The position numbers and the translations under genes were made by a program. Below are positions 26,004-35,921 of a stretch of 40,000 nucleotides of DNA, in pieces; positions within the stretch are counted from its first letter, which is position 1, and each line of letters starts with the position of its first letter. This DNA is from an uncultured Planctomycetota bacterium (lineage in GTDB: Bacteria; Planctomycetota; Planctomycetia; Pirellulales; Lacipirellulaceae), in assembly GCA_963719315.1 (NCBI GenBank), contig CAVRBU010000002.1:1526433-1566432 (forward strand), given 5' to 3'. The notes under the pieces were generated by a model that was not told the origin of the DNA, ran no database searches, and saw only the letters and a program-made list of their open reading frames with translations.

Positions 26004-27314
26004 ATGAAACTTCGTACCGTTACCTTAGGCTGCAAAGTCAACCAGTACGAAACCGAGTACGTTCGCGAAGGCTTATTGGGCGTCGGCTACGAAGACGCGG
26101 ACGAAAACGAGCAAGCCGAGCTCTGCATCGTCAACACCTGCACCGTTACGAGCGAAGGCGACTCCAAGAGCCGCCAAACGATTCGCCGGCTGGCGCGGAC
26201 GAACCCCGGCGCGAAGATTGTCGTAATGGGCTGCTACGCGACGCGGGCACCAGAGGAAGTCGCGGCGTTGCCGGGCGTTTCGCAAGTCATTACTGACAAG
26301 CGTGAACTGCCCGATTTGCTGGGGCGCTTTGGCGTAACTGATATTCCCACGGGCATCAGCGGCTTTGGCCGCCGGCATCGTGCGTATGTGAAGGTGCAAG
26401 ACGGTTGCATGTTGCGTTGCAGCTTTTGCATCATTCCGCACGTGCGGCCGAATCTTACCAGCCGGCCGATCGAGCACATTCTAGATGAAGTCCGACGGCT
26501 CGTTGATCGAGGCTACCGCGAGGTGGTGCTGACAGGCATTCATCTGGGCCACTACGGCGTCGATTGGAATCGCCACGCACCGAAGGAAAAGTGGATTCGG
26601 CTTTCGCATCTCGTTCGTCAAATCGTCGAACTACCGGGCGACTTCCGCGTTCGGCTCTCCAGCATTGAAGCCACGGAAGTCACACGCAAACTCATCGACG
26701 TGATGGCCGACCATCCAGAGAAAGTCGCGCCCCATCTGCATATCTCCATGCAAAGCGGCAGCGACAGTGTGCTCCGCCGCATGCGACGACGCTGGGGTAG
26801 CCGGCGATTCATTGATCGTTGCCGGCTCCTGCAGGAGCGACTCGATCGGCCGGCAATCACGACGGATATCATTGTCGGCTTCCCCGGCGAGACGGACGCG
26901 GAGTTTCAGGAAACAATCGAAACGTCACGTGCCGTAGGCTTCTCGAAGATTCACATTTTTCCGTTCAGCGCTCGCCGCGGTACGCCGGCTACGACGATGC
27001 CCGACCAGATTGCCAAGCAAGTCCAACAAGAACGCACCCGTGAGTTGGCTGCCGTCGAGTCAGAGTTGCGCAATGTGTATTACCGTAGCCTCATCGGGCA
27101 GCGGTTGCGAGTGCTGGTGGAGACGGAGGATGCAGGAGGCGGGATGCAGGAGGCAGGGTGCTGGACAGGGACTTCTTGCCGGTATGCGACAGTTGAGGTC
27201 AATTCAGCGGATGCGCGCGAGGGTGAGTTCATTGACGTTGTTGCGGACGAAGTTTCGGGCGAGCGAATAATTTCGAATCGGCGAGCACGGTTATGTTGCA
27301 ATGGGGTGTCTTAG
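26004..27314 (+). CDS. mtaB: Radical SAM methylthiotransferase, MtaB-like
   Basis: UPF0004 N-domain (LGCKVNQYE, IVNTCTVT), radical SAM CMLRCSFC cluster motif, C-terminal TRAM-like region. Confidence 0.85.
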   Translation: MKLRTVTLGCKVNQYETEYVREGLLGVGYEDADENEQAELCIVNTCTVTSEGDSKSRQTIRRLARTNPGAKIVVMGCYATRAPEEVAALPGVSQVITDKRELPDLLGRFGVTDIPTGISGFGRRHRAYVKVQDGCMLRCSFCIIPHVRPNLTSRPIEHILDEVRRLVDRGYREVVLTGIHLGHYGVDWNRHAPKEKWIRLSHLVRQIVELPGDFRVRLSSIEATEVTRKLIDVMADHPEKVAPHLHISMQSGSDSVLRRMRRRWGSRRFIDRCRLLQERLDRPAITTDIIVGFPGETDAEFQETIETSRAVGFSKIHIFPFSARRGTPATTMPDQIAKQVQQERTRELAAVESELRNVYYRSLIGQRLRVLVETEDAGGGMQEAGCWTGTSCRYATVEVNSADAREGEFIDVVADEVSGERIISNRRARLCCNGVS

Positions 27315-27319
27315 GTGTT

Positions 27320-27541
27320 GTGGCGGAACGAGAGCCCATTGATTTGAATGGATTGAATCTCTGGGATTTTCAATGGCAACTCGTGGATAGTGACCCGGTG
27401 ATGTTGCCGCATCCTCACTATTCGTCGCAAATGCACAAGTGGCACGTTTACGAAATAGAGGGTGCCGTGCGATCCATAAGGTTTGCTGCCTGCGAACTAT
27501 CGAACGGCGTCTGGGGCTTTTGCGTGCCTGCGCAGAATTAG
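27320..27541 (+). CDS. Small hypothetical protein (start uncertain: 27293 or GTG 27320)
   Basis: ORF only, with visibly lower GC than its neighbours and no family recognised. Ends ...HVYEIEGAVRSIRFAACELSNGVWGFCVPAQN. Confidence 0.4.
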   Translation: MAEREPIDLNGLNLWDFQWQLVDSDPVMLPHPHYSSQMHKWHVYEIEGAVRSIRFAACELSNGVWGFCVPAQN

Positions 27542-27613
27542 ATTATTTGTAGGGCTTATCAGTCTGTCTTCTGATTGTTTGTTGCCCTCAACGTTGTTGG
27601 CCTTTGCGGCCCG

Positions 27614-28713
<1,100 letters not shown>

Positions 28714-28715
<2 letters not shown>

Positions 28716-28794
28716 GTCCCTTCTGCCGGAAGGGACCTCGGCGAGATGGCAACGCTTGTAACTGACTTCAGGTCCCGCTCTGCAAGCGGGACCT
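28714..28794. terminator. Two related hairpins between convergent gap and mch
   Basis: aggtcccttc-tgccg-gaagggacct (28714-38) and aggtcccgct-ctgca-agcgggacct (28770-94). No U-tract, so terminator function is inferred from position only. Confidence 0.45.
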
Positions 28795-28821
28795 ACTCAG
28801 CGCCAGGCCAAGATTGCCGGG

Positions 28822-29772
28822 CTATTTTTTTGCAAACGACTCGGCGAGCACGTCGTAATTCAAATTGCCGTATTTGAAGGTCGAGCCAGTTTCACAATTG
28901 TTGAGGATCACCACCGCCGGACTGAACAGGTGCGGATCGATGCGATAAAAATCGTGATCGTAGCGTGCAAATATCTCCGCAAACGGTCGTCCATAATCGG
29001 GCGACGCACTGCTTGGCACCTGCGGCCCAAATTTCTCGATGGACGTGTCATCGCCGCCAACTTCCAACACCACACCGCCACCGTAGAGAATCGCGTCGTT
29101 CGCCCAGCCGAGGGCGGCAAAGTCATTCATCGCCAGAGGCGGTAACGGCGCGAGGCCCGCAGCCCGCTCGACACCCTCCAGTTCGAACCCCAGCACGTGC
29201 AATTTGTGCAGCGCGGTCTCCACGCTGCGGGCCACTATTTGAATCGTGCCGGCTTGGCTCGACGTTCGCGCCGCCAGCAGCGTCAACCGATCGGGTCTAA
29301 TGTCGCACTTCGTGGCGATATCAATGCACACACGGTCGGGCGGTAATTCACCCGTTTCCAATATGCCCACGCATACGTCCGGCTTTTCGCGGTAACCAAT
29401 CGAGTCGAATAACTCCTCGCGACCGGCGGCTGCTCGCATGGGACCCGAGCCCATCGCGAAAAACTTTTCGCCCTTGATCGCCCACCCTGCATATTGCGAC
29501 GCCATGCACGCCACGACCGGGCTGCGAGTACTGACGTATACCTGCTGCGTCGCGGGAGCGTCTTCATCCGCGGCATTGATGTCGATCAACCCCAACCCAG
29601 ACATGCACACCGAGGCTAGCCGCAATCCCGCCTTTTCGCTACCCGGTGCATTCACGCCGCAATCAATAATCCGCGTCCCGCAATCGAGTGTGCTGACCGC
29701 GATGCCGAGCGCGTTGGCATCAGCGACCATCGCGTTACAAAGTTCGAAGGCGCGCTCGTTGAGTGTCTGCAT
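28822..29772 (-). CDS. mch: Methenyltetrahydromethanopterin cyclohydrolase
   Basis: 316 aa with full-length resemblance to Mch (LDCGTRIIDCGVNAPGS, FFAMGSGPMRA, RTSSQAGTIQIVARSVETALHKL). Confidence 0.88.
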   Translation of the reverse strand: MQTLNERAFELCNAMVADANALGIAVSTLDCGTRIIDCGVNAPGSEKAGLRLASVCMSGLGLIDINAADEDAPATQQVYVSTRSPVVACMASQYAGWAIKGEKFFAMGSGPMRAAAGREELFDSIGYREKPDVCVGILETGELPPDRVCIDIATKCDIRPDRLTLLAARTSSQAGTIQIVARSVETALHKLHVLGFELEGVERAAGLAPLPPLAMNDFAALGWANDAILYGGGVVLEVGGDDTSIEKFGPQVPSSASPDYGRPFAEIFARYDHDFYRIDPHLFSPAVVILNNCETGSTFKYGNLNYDVLAESFAKK

Positions 29773-29829
29773 CCACCCATTGTAAAACGGACTGGTCGCT
29801 TAAGCGACCAGTAACCCGCACCAGAAATC

Positions 29830-29904
29830 GATCGGAGCCCGCAGCGCAAGCAAAGGTCGATGTGGCGGCGCGTAACACCCTTGCTTGCGCTGCGGGCTCC
29901 GATC
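29830..29904. repeat. Perfect 24-bp inverted repeat with 27-nt loop
   Basis: gatcggagcccgcagcgcaagcaa (29830-53) and ttgcttgcgctgcgggctccgatc (29881-904), 46 nt downstream of the DUF1559 gene's stop. Confidence 0.9.
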
Positions 29905-29950
29905 CACACAAAACTAATGTGCCTTAAGTTGCGCGAGAGGTCTCGGCGCC

Positions 29951-30904
29951 TCACTCATCGCCCGGCACGATCTCACCGCCGCCGATCGTGCTCAGCGCTT
30001 TGAGCACCGCCAACGCGATATCCGGCTTCAGACCGCGAACGTGGCCGTCCAGGAACACGGCTTGCACCAGGCCACCCGAGTGCATGCTGCCGAACTTGTT
30101 GCGGTCCTTGTCGTCGATGCTGGTGGCCAGGCCGTCTTCCGTGCAGCGGAACGTCGTGTGCGGCGTGTCTCCCGGAATCGACGCCGTATCGCCGATCTCA
30201 TAGTCCTCCATCTCCGTCGCCGTATTGTCCGGCACAGGCGGCAGATGCCGCTCGGCGATCGCGATCGTTTTTGAAAGCCCGTCTTCCACTTGCCGCGCGC
30301 TGATGTGCGAGCCGCTGAAAATCGGTCCCGCTTCGGCGCGGCTGTATTGGCCGAAGACCGTGGCATTTTCATCCTTGCCGACCATTCCGGTCAGCAATTG
30401 GATGCCGGCGTTGGCCGAATAGTCGGCCAGCGTTGCCGAAGCCAACACCACGGGCGGCGCGTTGTTGTTATCGAAGTTGCGGTCGGCCGCCGCCCGCCGC
30501 CGGCTGGGACATGCAAATGTGTCGATCGGCGTACGCATGGCGGCCGAGTTCTTCGGATCATCCACGCGAGCCTTTGAATCATAACTGTTATAGATCGCCG
30601 TCTCTTCCATGTACGGTAACAAGAAGAACGCCCACGACACGGCAAATTGATCGAACCGGTTGCGGCCCATCGGGAACGCCTTCCGCGTGTCGTGATGGCT
30701 CTGCACGGCCAGGCCAATCTGCTTGAGATTGTTCTGGCATTGCGATCGGCGGGCCGATTCGCGGGCCGCCTGAATCGCCGGCAGCAAAAACGCAATCAGG
30801 ATGCCAATGATCGCGATCACGACCAGCAATTCGACGAGCGTGAAGCCTCGTCGCGAAGCAGGTCCGACGAACCGAGGAGGACATCGGAACTTGCGCAAGC
30901 GCAT
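29951..30904 (-). CDS. DUF1559 protein with prepilin-type N-terminal cleavage/methylation domain
   Basis: GFTLVELLVVIAIIGILIAFLLPAIQAARESARRSQCQNNLKQIGLA and C-terminal FLDGHVRGL motif. Confidence 0.9.
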   Translation of the reverse strand: MRLRKFRCPPRFVGPASRRGFTLVELLVVIAIIGILIAFLLPAIQAARESARRSQCQNNLKQIGLAVQSHHDTRKAFPMGRNRFDQFAVSWAFFLLPYMEETAIYNSYDSKARVDDPKNSAAMRTPIDTFACPSRRRAAADRNFDNNNAPPVVLASATLADYSANAGIQLLTGMVGKDENATVFGQYSRAEAGPIFSGSHISARQVEDGLSKTIAIAERHLPPVPDNTATEMEDYEIGDTASIPGDTPHTTFRCTEDGLATSIDDKDRNKFGSMHSGGLVQAVFLDGHVRGLKPDIALAVLKALSTIGGGEIVPGDE

Positions 30905-31394
30905 GGTAGGCTCCTTTCACAGAAAGGTTACAGTAGTCCGCCTGGTGGGTAGGGAACGGCGGCGGACGAAGGTGGGATCGATTGATTGCAACTTAAACTG
31001 AAGCACTGCGCCGGGTCAACCCGAATGCCGAGTATCCGAAATGAAGATTCAGATTTCTTCCACCATCGCGCAATGCTTCATCCGGATAGCGCATCCGATT
31101 CCAACCTCACACTCTTCAGACGTCGATTTTCGCTCGTCCGCGCGACGGAATGTGCGTTTCCTGGTGATAATGCGCCAAGGCAGAAATCGCGGGATCACAC
31201 TCAGCAACTTGACTTAGCCCCCTCCGTCGGCTATCCTTTTCTAATTGCCAAATTGATCCCCGTTTCCAATAGGCCATCCGTGTTTGTTCCGTTTTACAAT
31301 CTGACTGCCGCATCGCTCAACGTCGTCGGCAGCATCGTGATTATCAGCGCAACCGGGAGGCCTTGAGGGTCGGTTCGATTCCATCGAAACTCGC

Positions 31395-31430
31395 AAACCC
31401 TGAGGCCGAAAGCCTCGGGGTTTTTTTATT
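31395..31430 (+). terminator. Canonical intrinsic terminator with no annotated gene upstream
   Basis: Stem aaaccctgaggc / gcctcggggttt (12 bp, one G-U), loop cgaaa, then tttttttatt. Confidence 0.75.
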
Positions 31431-31515
31431 GAAGTCGTATGTCCAAACGCACGGCCAAATCGCAACTGCCCGCGCCCTCGCGCGATACATTGCTTGCGCC
31501 TCGTCGCCTCTGCCA

Positions 31516-33441
31516 ATGGGTGGGCTGCCCACCTGGGCTGTGGCCGCAGTGTTTGCGTCGCTCATCGGCGTTGTCTACGGTCCAGCCATCAACGTTCCCT
31601 TTATCTTTGACGACGTCGGCGCGATCGTCCAAAACGAATCGATCGTTTCGCTTTGGCCGTTGATCGGTAGTGCTCACCCTGGGCCGCTGAATCCGCCGCT
31701 GGAGCTTCCGACATCTGGGCGGCCGCTCGTAAACTTGTCGTTCGCGATCAACTACCATCTTGGCGGCCTGAATCCTGCGGGGTACCACGCGTTCAGTTTG
31801 TTGCTCCATTTTTTTGCGACCATGCTTCTGTGGGCAATTACGCGGCGAACGCTGCGCTTGCCCTACTTTGGCGGGCGATTCGATCGATCGGCCGAATGGC
31901 TGGCGCTGGCGGTAGCGATCCTCTGGAGCCTGCATCCTCTGCAAACCGAGGCCGTCATCTATGCCACGCAGCGCACCGAGCTAATGATGGCGGTATTTTA
32001 TCTCGCCACGCTGTATTGCAGCCTGCGCTATTGGGCTGCCGTCCCGGTCGGTGCGGCCGACAACGCCGCGAAGATGCTCCAAGCTTCCAATGATCGAGGA
32101 ACCGTCCGCGCCATGTGGCTCGCGCTCGCGGTGATTGCATGCTCAAGCGGCATGGCCTCCAAGGAAGTGATGGTCTCCGCGCCTCTGATCGTGCTTCTAT
32201 ACGAGCGCACATTTGTTGCTGGTTCCTTGGCAAATGCGTTGCGACGATCCTGGCCGCTCTACCTCGGCCTGGCTGCGTCGTGGATGCTGCTCTTGTATCT
32301 CAATGTAAGCGCTCCACACCGCGATGCCGCTGGGTTCCACCTTGGCCCGCCTGCTTACGTTTGGTGGTTCACCCAGTCGAAAGTGCTCTTCATGTATTTG
32401 AAGCTGGTCATCTGGCCATGGCCGCTGTTGATTCACTATCACATGCCCTATCTCACGAATTTTGCAGAAGCCTGGATGTACGTCATCCCTCTGATGCTTC
32501 TAGGAATCATCGTGCTTGTGCTGTTGTGGCGGAACACGCCCCTGGGCTTCTTGGGCACTTGGTTTTTCGCGCTCCTTTCGCCGACCTTTGTAATCCCGAT
32601 TATCACTGAAATCGCCGCCGAACGACGGATGTATTTGGCGCTCGCTGTTCCCGTCGTGATCTTAGTCGTTGGCGGATATCGCCTGGCGGATGCCGTATTG
32701 CGCCGGCGAATCGCCAGCCCACAGACGGCTTCTCGATTCTCGGCTCCCCTCGCCACGATCGTCGCGCCGGCCATACTGCTTGCGCTCATCTTTTGTCTCG
32801 TCAGCTCGAAGCGGCTCCTAGCTTATGAGAACGAGATGAATCTCTGGTTGGAGGTGATGCGATACCAGCCGGACGACTACATGGCGCATCAGAGCATTGG
32901 CTCATATTTGGAAAAAATGGGCAACAATTCGGCTGCGATCGAGCAATATCGCGAGGCAATTCGCGCTGACCCCGATGCATCCCTTGCCCACTACCGCCTC
33001 GCGCTTCTGCTGAGCAAGCAGGGCGCACACGCCGAAGCCGCCGACCAGTTTGCCGAAGCCGCGCGCATTCTGCCCAAGAATGCGGTCCTCCGCAATAATC
33101 TGGCATTCGCACTGTATATAGCCGGTCGTAATGAAGAGGCGATCGAAGCGTTCCACGCGACGCTAGAATTAGACCCCAACTATTGGACGGCGCACAAGAA
33201 TTTAGGCGCCGCCCTACAAAAGGCCGGCAAGTATCAGGAATCAATCGCATCCTTCCAAACGGCGTTGCGGCTAAACCCCACGGCGATTGATATCTACAAT
33301 GATTTGGCCAACAGTTACGTTCGCATGAATCAACGCCCAAAAGCGGTCGCGATGCTCGAACAAGGGCTCGAACTCGCGCGCGCCTCGGGCGATGTCGAAA
33401 CCGCCAAAAAGTTTGCTGCCGGACTTGATGCGAATCGATAG
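31516..33441 (+). CDS. Polytopic membrane protein (PMT_2/glycosyltransferase-39-like) with C-terminal TPR repeats
   Basis: About 11 predicted TM helices after the FIFDDVGAIVQNESI motif, with at least 5 TPR units at the C-terminus (AIEQYREAIRADPD..., AIEAFHATLELDPN...). Start is taken at ATG 31516; the TTG at 31363 would run through the terminator. Confidence 0.8.
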   Translation: MGGLPTWAVAAVFASLIGVVYGPAINVPFIFDDVGAIVQNESIVSLWPLIGSAHPGPLNPPLELPTSGRPLVNLSFAINYHLGGLNPAGYHAFSLLLHFFATMLLWAITRRTLRLPYFGGRFDRSAEWLALAVAILWSLHPLQTEAVIYATQRTELMMAVFYLATLYCSLRYWAAVPVGAADNAAKMLQASNDRGTVRAMWLALAVIACSSGMASKEVMVSAPLIVLLYERTFVAGSLANALRRSWPLYLGLAASWMLLLYLNVSAPHRDAAGFHLGPPAYVWWFTQSKVLFMYLKLVIWPWPLLIHYHMPYLTNFAEAWMYVIPLMLLGIIVLVLLWRNTPLGFLGTWFFALLSPTFVIPIITEIAAERRMYLALAVPVVILVVGGYRLADAVLRRRIASPQTASRFSAPLATIVAPAILLALIFCLVSSKRLLAYENEMNLWLEVMRYQPDDYMAHQSIGSYLEKMGNNSAAIEQYREAIRADPDASLAHYRLALLLSKQGAHAEAADQFAEAARILPKNAVLRNNLAFALYIAGRNEEAIEAFHATLELDPNYWTAHKNLGAALQKAGKYQESIASFQTALRLNPTAIDIYNDLANSYVRMNQRPKAVAMLEQGLELARASGDVETAKKFAAGLDANR

Positions 33442-33485
33442 ACTCAAGAACTAATAGAAATGTCGGCGTTCGAGAATGAGGTCTT

Positions 33486-35054
33486 ATGTCACGCGTCCAA
33501 ATCTACGACACCACACTCCGCGACGGCGCCCAAGGCGAGGGCGTGAACTTCTCCTTGCAGGATAAGTTGCTCATCGCCCATCGGCTCGATGAATTCGGCT
33601 TCGATTTCGTCGAGGGCGGCTACCCACTCTCCAACCCGAAAGACGCCGAGTTCTTCCAGCACATCGCGGCCGACCCGCTCAGGCACAGCCAGGTGTGTGC
33701 GTTCGGCATGACCCGCCGCAAGGGGGTGAAGGCCGTTGATGACCCCGGAATGAAAGCGCTCCTCGAATCGCAGGCGCCGGTTATCACAATCGTCGGCAAG
33801 ACGTCGGACTTCCACGTGACGGAAGTTCTCCGGGTCTCGTTGGACGAGAACCTCGCAATGATCCGCGAAACGATTGCCTACCTCCGCGAAATGGGGCGCG
33901 GCGTGATCTACGACGCCGAACACTTCTTCGACGGCTGGAAAGCGAACCCGGAATACGCCGCGAAAACGATTCAAGCCGCCGTCGAGGGCGGCGCGATGCT
34001 CGTCGTGATGTGCGACACCAACGGCGGCAGCATGCCCGAGGAAGTCGCAGCTCTCACCAAGGAAGCCGCCGCAGCCGTCAGCGTGCCACTGGGCATCCAC
34101 ACGCACAACGATTGTGAGTTAGCGGTTGCCAATTCGTTGGCGGCTGTTGGCGCGGGTGCCGTCCACGTCCAAGGCACGATCAACGGCCTCGGTGAACGTT
34201 GCGGCAATGCCGATCTCATCTCCGTCATCGCCAATCTCGCGCTTAAGAAACAAGGCTACGAAGTGCTCGGCGGCGCCGGCGCCGAACATCTCACCGAGCT
34301 TTCGCGCTACGTGTACGAAGTCGCCAACATGCACTTCCGCAACAACCAGCCGTTCGTCGGCCCAAGCGCCTTCGCCCACAAGGGCGGCATGCACGTGCAT
34401 GCCGTCAACCGCGCGGCCAGCAGCTACGAGCACATCGCCCCCGAAAGCGTCGGCAACTCCCGCCGCGTGCTCGTCAGTGAACTCTCCGGCCGGTCGAACA
34501 TCGTTGCCCTCACAAGCAAATCGAACTTACAGCAAGATAGCGCGCTGATGGAGCGCGTCCTCAAGCAAGTCGTCGAAATGGAAAACCGCGGCTATCAATT
34601 CGAGGCGGCCGAGGCCTCATTTGACCTATTGGTCAAACGGGCCGCCGGCACGTACCGACCCCATTTCGAACTGCTGCACTATCGAGTCGATGTTGAAACT
34701 GATGGCGATGGCCAAACCACGACGGAAGCCACGGTAAAACTCTGCATCGGCGGCGAAGAGCGGCACGAAGTGGCCGAGGGCGACGGCCCCGTCAACGCCC
34801 TGGACGCTGCCCTGCGAAAAGCGCTCAATGGGCAATTCCCGAACCTCCGCGGCCTGCAACTGGTCGATTATAAGGTCCGCGTCATCAACAGCGACGCCGG
34901 CACGGCAGCCGCCGTCCGCGTCGTCATCGAAAGCCAGGACGAAGACGGCACCACCTGGGGCACCGTCGGCGTCAACGAAAACGTAATCAAAGCCAGTTGG
35001 GATGCGCTGGTGGATAGCATCGAGTATAAACTGTGTAAGGATGGCCGTCCTTAG
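33486..35054 (+). CDS. cimA: Citramalate synthase (LeuA/CimA family, TIGR00977-type)
   Basis: IYDTTLRDGAQGEGVNFS, HTHNDCELAVANSLAAV, and C-terminal LeuA-dimer regulatory domain. 522 aa. Confidence 0.85.
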   Translation: MSRVQIYDTTLRDGAQGEGVNFSLQDKLLIAHRLDEFGFDFVEGGYPLSNPKDAEFFQHIAADPLRHSQVCAFGMTRRKGVKAVDDPGMKALLESQAPVITIVGKTSDFHVTEVLRVSLDENLAMIRETIAYLREMGRGVIYDAEHFFDGWKANPEYAAKTIQAAVEGGAMLVVMCDTNGGSMPEEVAALTKEAAAAVSVPLGIHTHNDCELAVANSLAAVGAGAVHVQGTINGLGERCGNADLISVIANLALKKQGYEVLGGAGAEHLTELSRYVYEVANMHFRNNQPFVGPSAFAHKGGMHVHAVNRAASSYEHIAPESVGNSRRVLVSELSGRSNIVALTSKSNLQQDSALMERVLKQVVEMENRGYQFEAAEASFDLLVKRAAGTYRPHFELLHYRVDVETDGDGQTTTEATVKLCIGGEERHEVAEGDGPVNALDAALRKALNGQFPNLRGLQLVDYKVRVINSDAGTAAAVRVVIESQDEDGTTWGTVGVNENVIKASWDALVDSIEYKLCKDGRP

Positions 35055-35158
35055 CGACGCAATTTCAGACTTGCGCCAAGAACGCGATCCATCCCATTCA
35101 ACGTGTAGAAGCGCTCGGTCGTCTTTTCACCAACGTTGCTGTGCCCTAGAATTGAGCC

Positions 35159-35514
35159 ATGCATTACACCATTAGGAATATTCCCGATGATCTCGATCGC
35201 GCGCTTTGCGCCGGGCGGCAGCGGAGCAAAGAAGCCTCGAAGACATCATCGTCGATTTGTTGGCGAGGAGCTTGGGCGCTGAACTATCCTCTTCGGCTAG
35301 CGAGCGCTTAGATTCAGAGCGCGCGAATAACTGGAAAGAGGACCCAGAATTCAAAGTTGCACTACGAGATCAGAACATGATTGATTGGGACGCATGGAGC
35401 GACGGCATCCAGCGTCGCGACTTCACCGAAATCGCCGGGAAGCACCTCATAACGCCTGAAATGAGAGAGGTTTTTGCAGAGCAGCGACGCGTCGATCCTG
35501 AGCTCTGGAAATAG
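35159..35514 (+). pseudogene. RHH (Arc/FitA/VapB-like) antitoxin, frameshifted at about 35201-35212 (possible assembly error)
   Basis: ATG 35159 gives MHYTIRNIPDDLDRAL (RHH beta strand and helix 1 start). The rest of the fold (RRAAAEQRSLEDIIVDLLARSLG...) is in the -1 frame (ORF 35206-35514). Confidence 0.75.
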
Positions 35515-35521
35515 CGGCGTA

Positions 35522-35920
35522 ATGCGAATCCTGATTGACACCAACTGTTTTTCTGAAATCGACGAAGGCGATTCCAGGACGATTCGCCGCCTGCAGTCCG
35601 CAACCGAAGTGTGGGTTCCTTTAATCGTGCTCGGCGAACTGTATGCGGGATTCGAGTTGGGATCACAAAAGGAGCAGAACGAAAAGCACCTTGAAACTTT
35701 TTTGAGCCAACCTTCAGTGGGCGTGTTGCTTCCCAACAATGAAACTGCGCGTCGATATGGCCAGGTTTTTCAATCGCTCCGTCGGCAAGGCACCCCGATT
35801 CTTATTAACGATATCTGGATCGCGGCCCTGGCATTGCAACATGATCTAGTTCTAGACTCCGCGGACAAACACTTCGCGTACGTGCAGGGTTTGCTGCTTC
35901 TACGTCGTTGGACGATCTGA
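35522..35920 (+). CDS. vapC: PIN-domain ribonuclease toxin VapC
   Basis: MRILIDTNCF..., LGELYAG, INDIWIAALAL, LDSADKHF: all four acidic PIN positions are present. It starts 7 nt after the antitoxin stop. Confidence 0.85.
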   Translation: MRILIDTNCFSEIDEGDSRTIRRLQSATEVWVPLIVLGELYAGFELGSQKEQNEKHLETFLSQPSVGVLLPNNETARRYGQVFQSLRRQGTPILINDIWIAALALQHDLVLDSADKHFAYVQGLLLLRRWTI

Positions 35921-35921
35921 A

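Noticed and set aside
30986-31366. 126-aa ORF as a confident CDS
   Set aside because: It has a TTG start, lower third-position GC than neighbouring genes, and no motif or Shine-Dalgarno that I could find. It is kept only as an alternative explanation for the orphan terminator.
31366-31385. GGTTCGATTCC T-loop-like motif as a tRNA or tmRNA 3' end
   Set aside because: The flanking bases do not form a 5-bp T stem or an acceptor stem. No tmRNA 5' consensus or tag ORF was found upstream.
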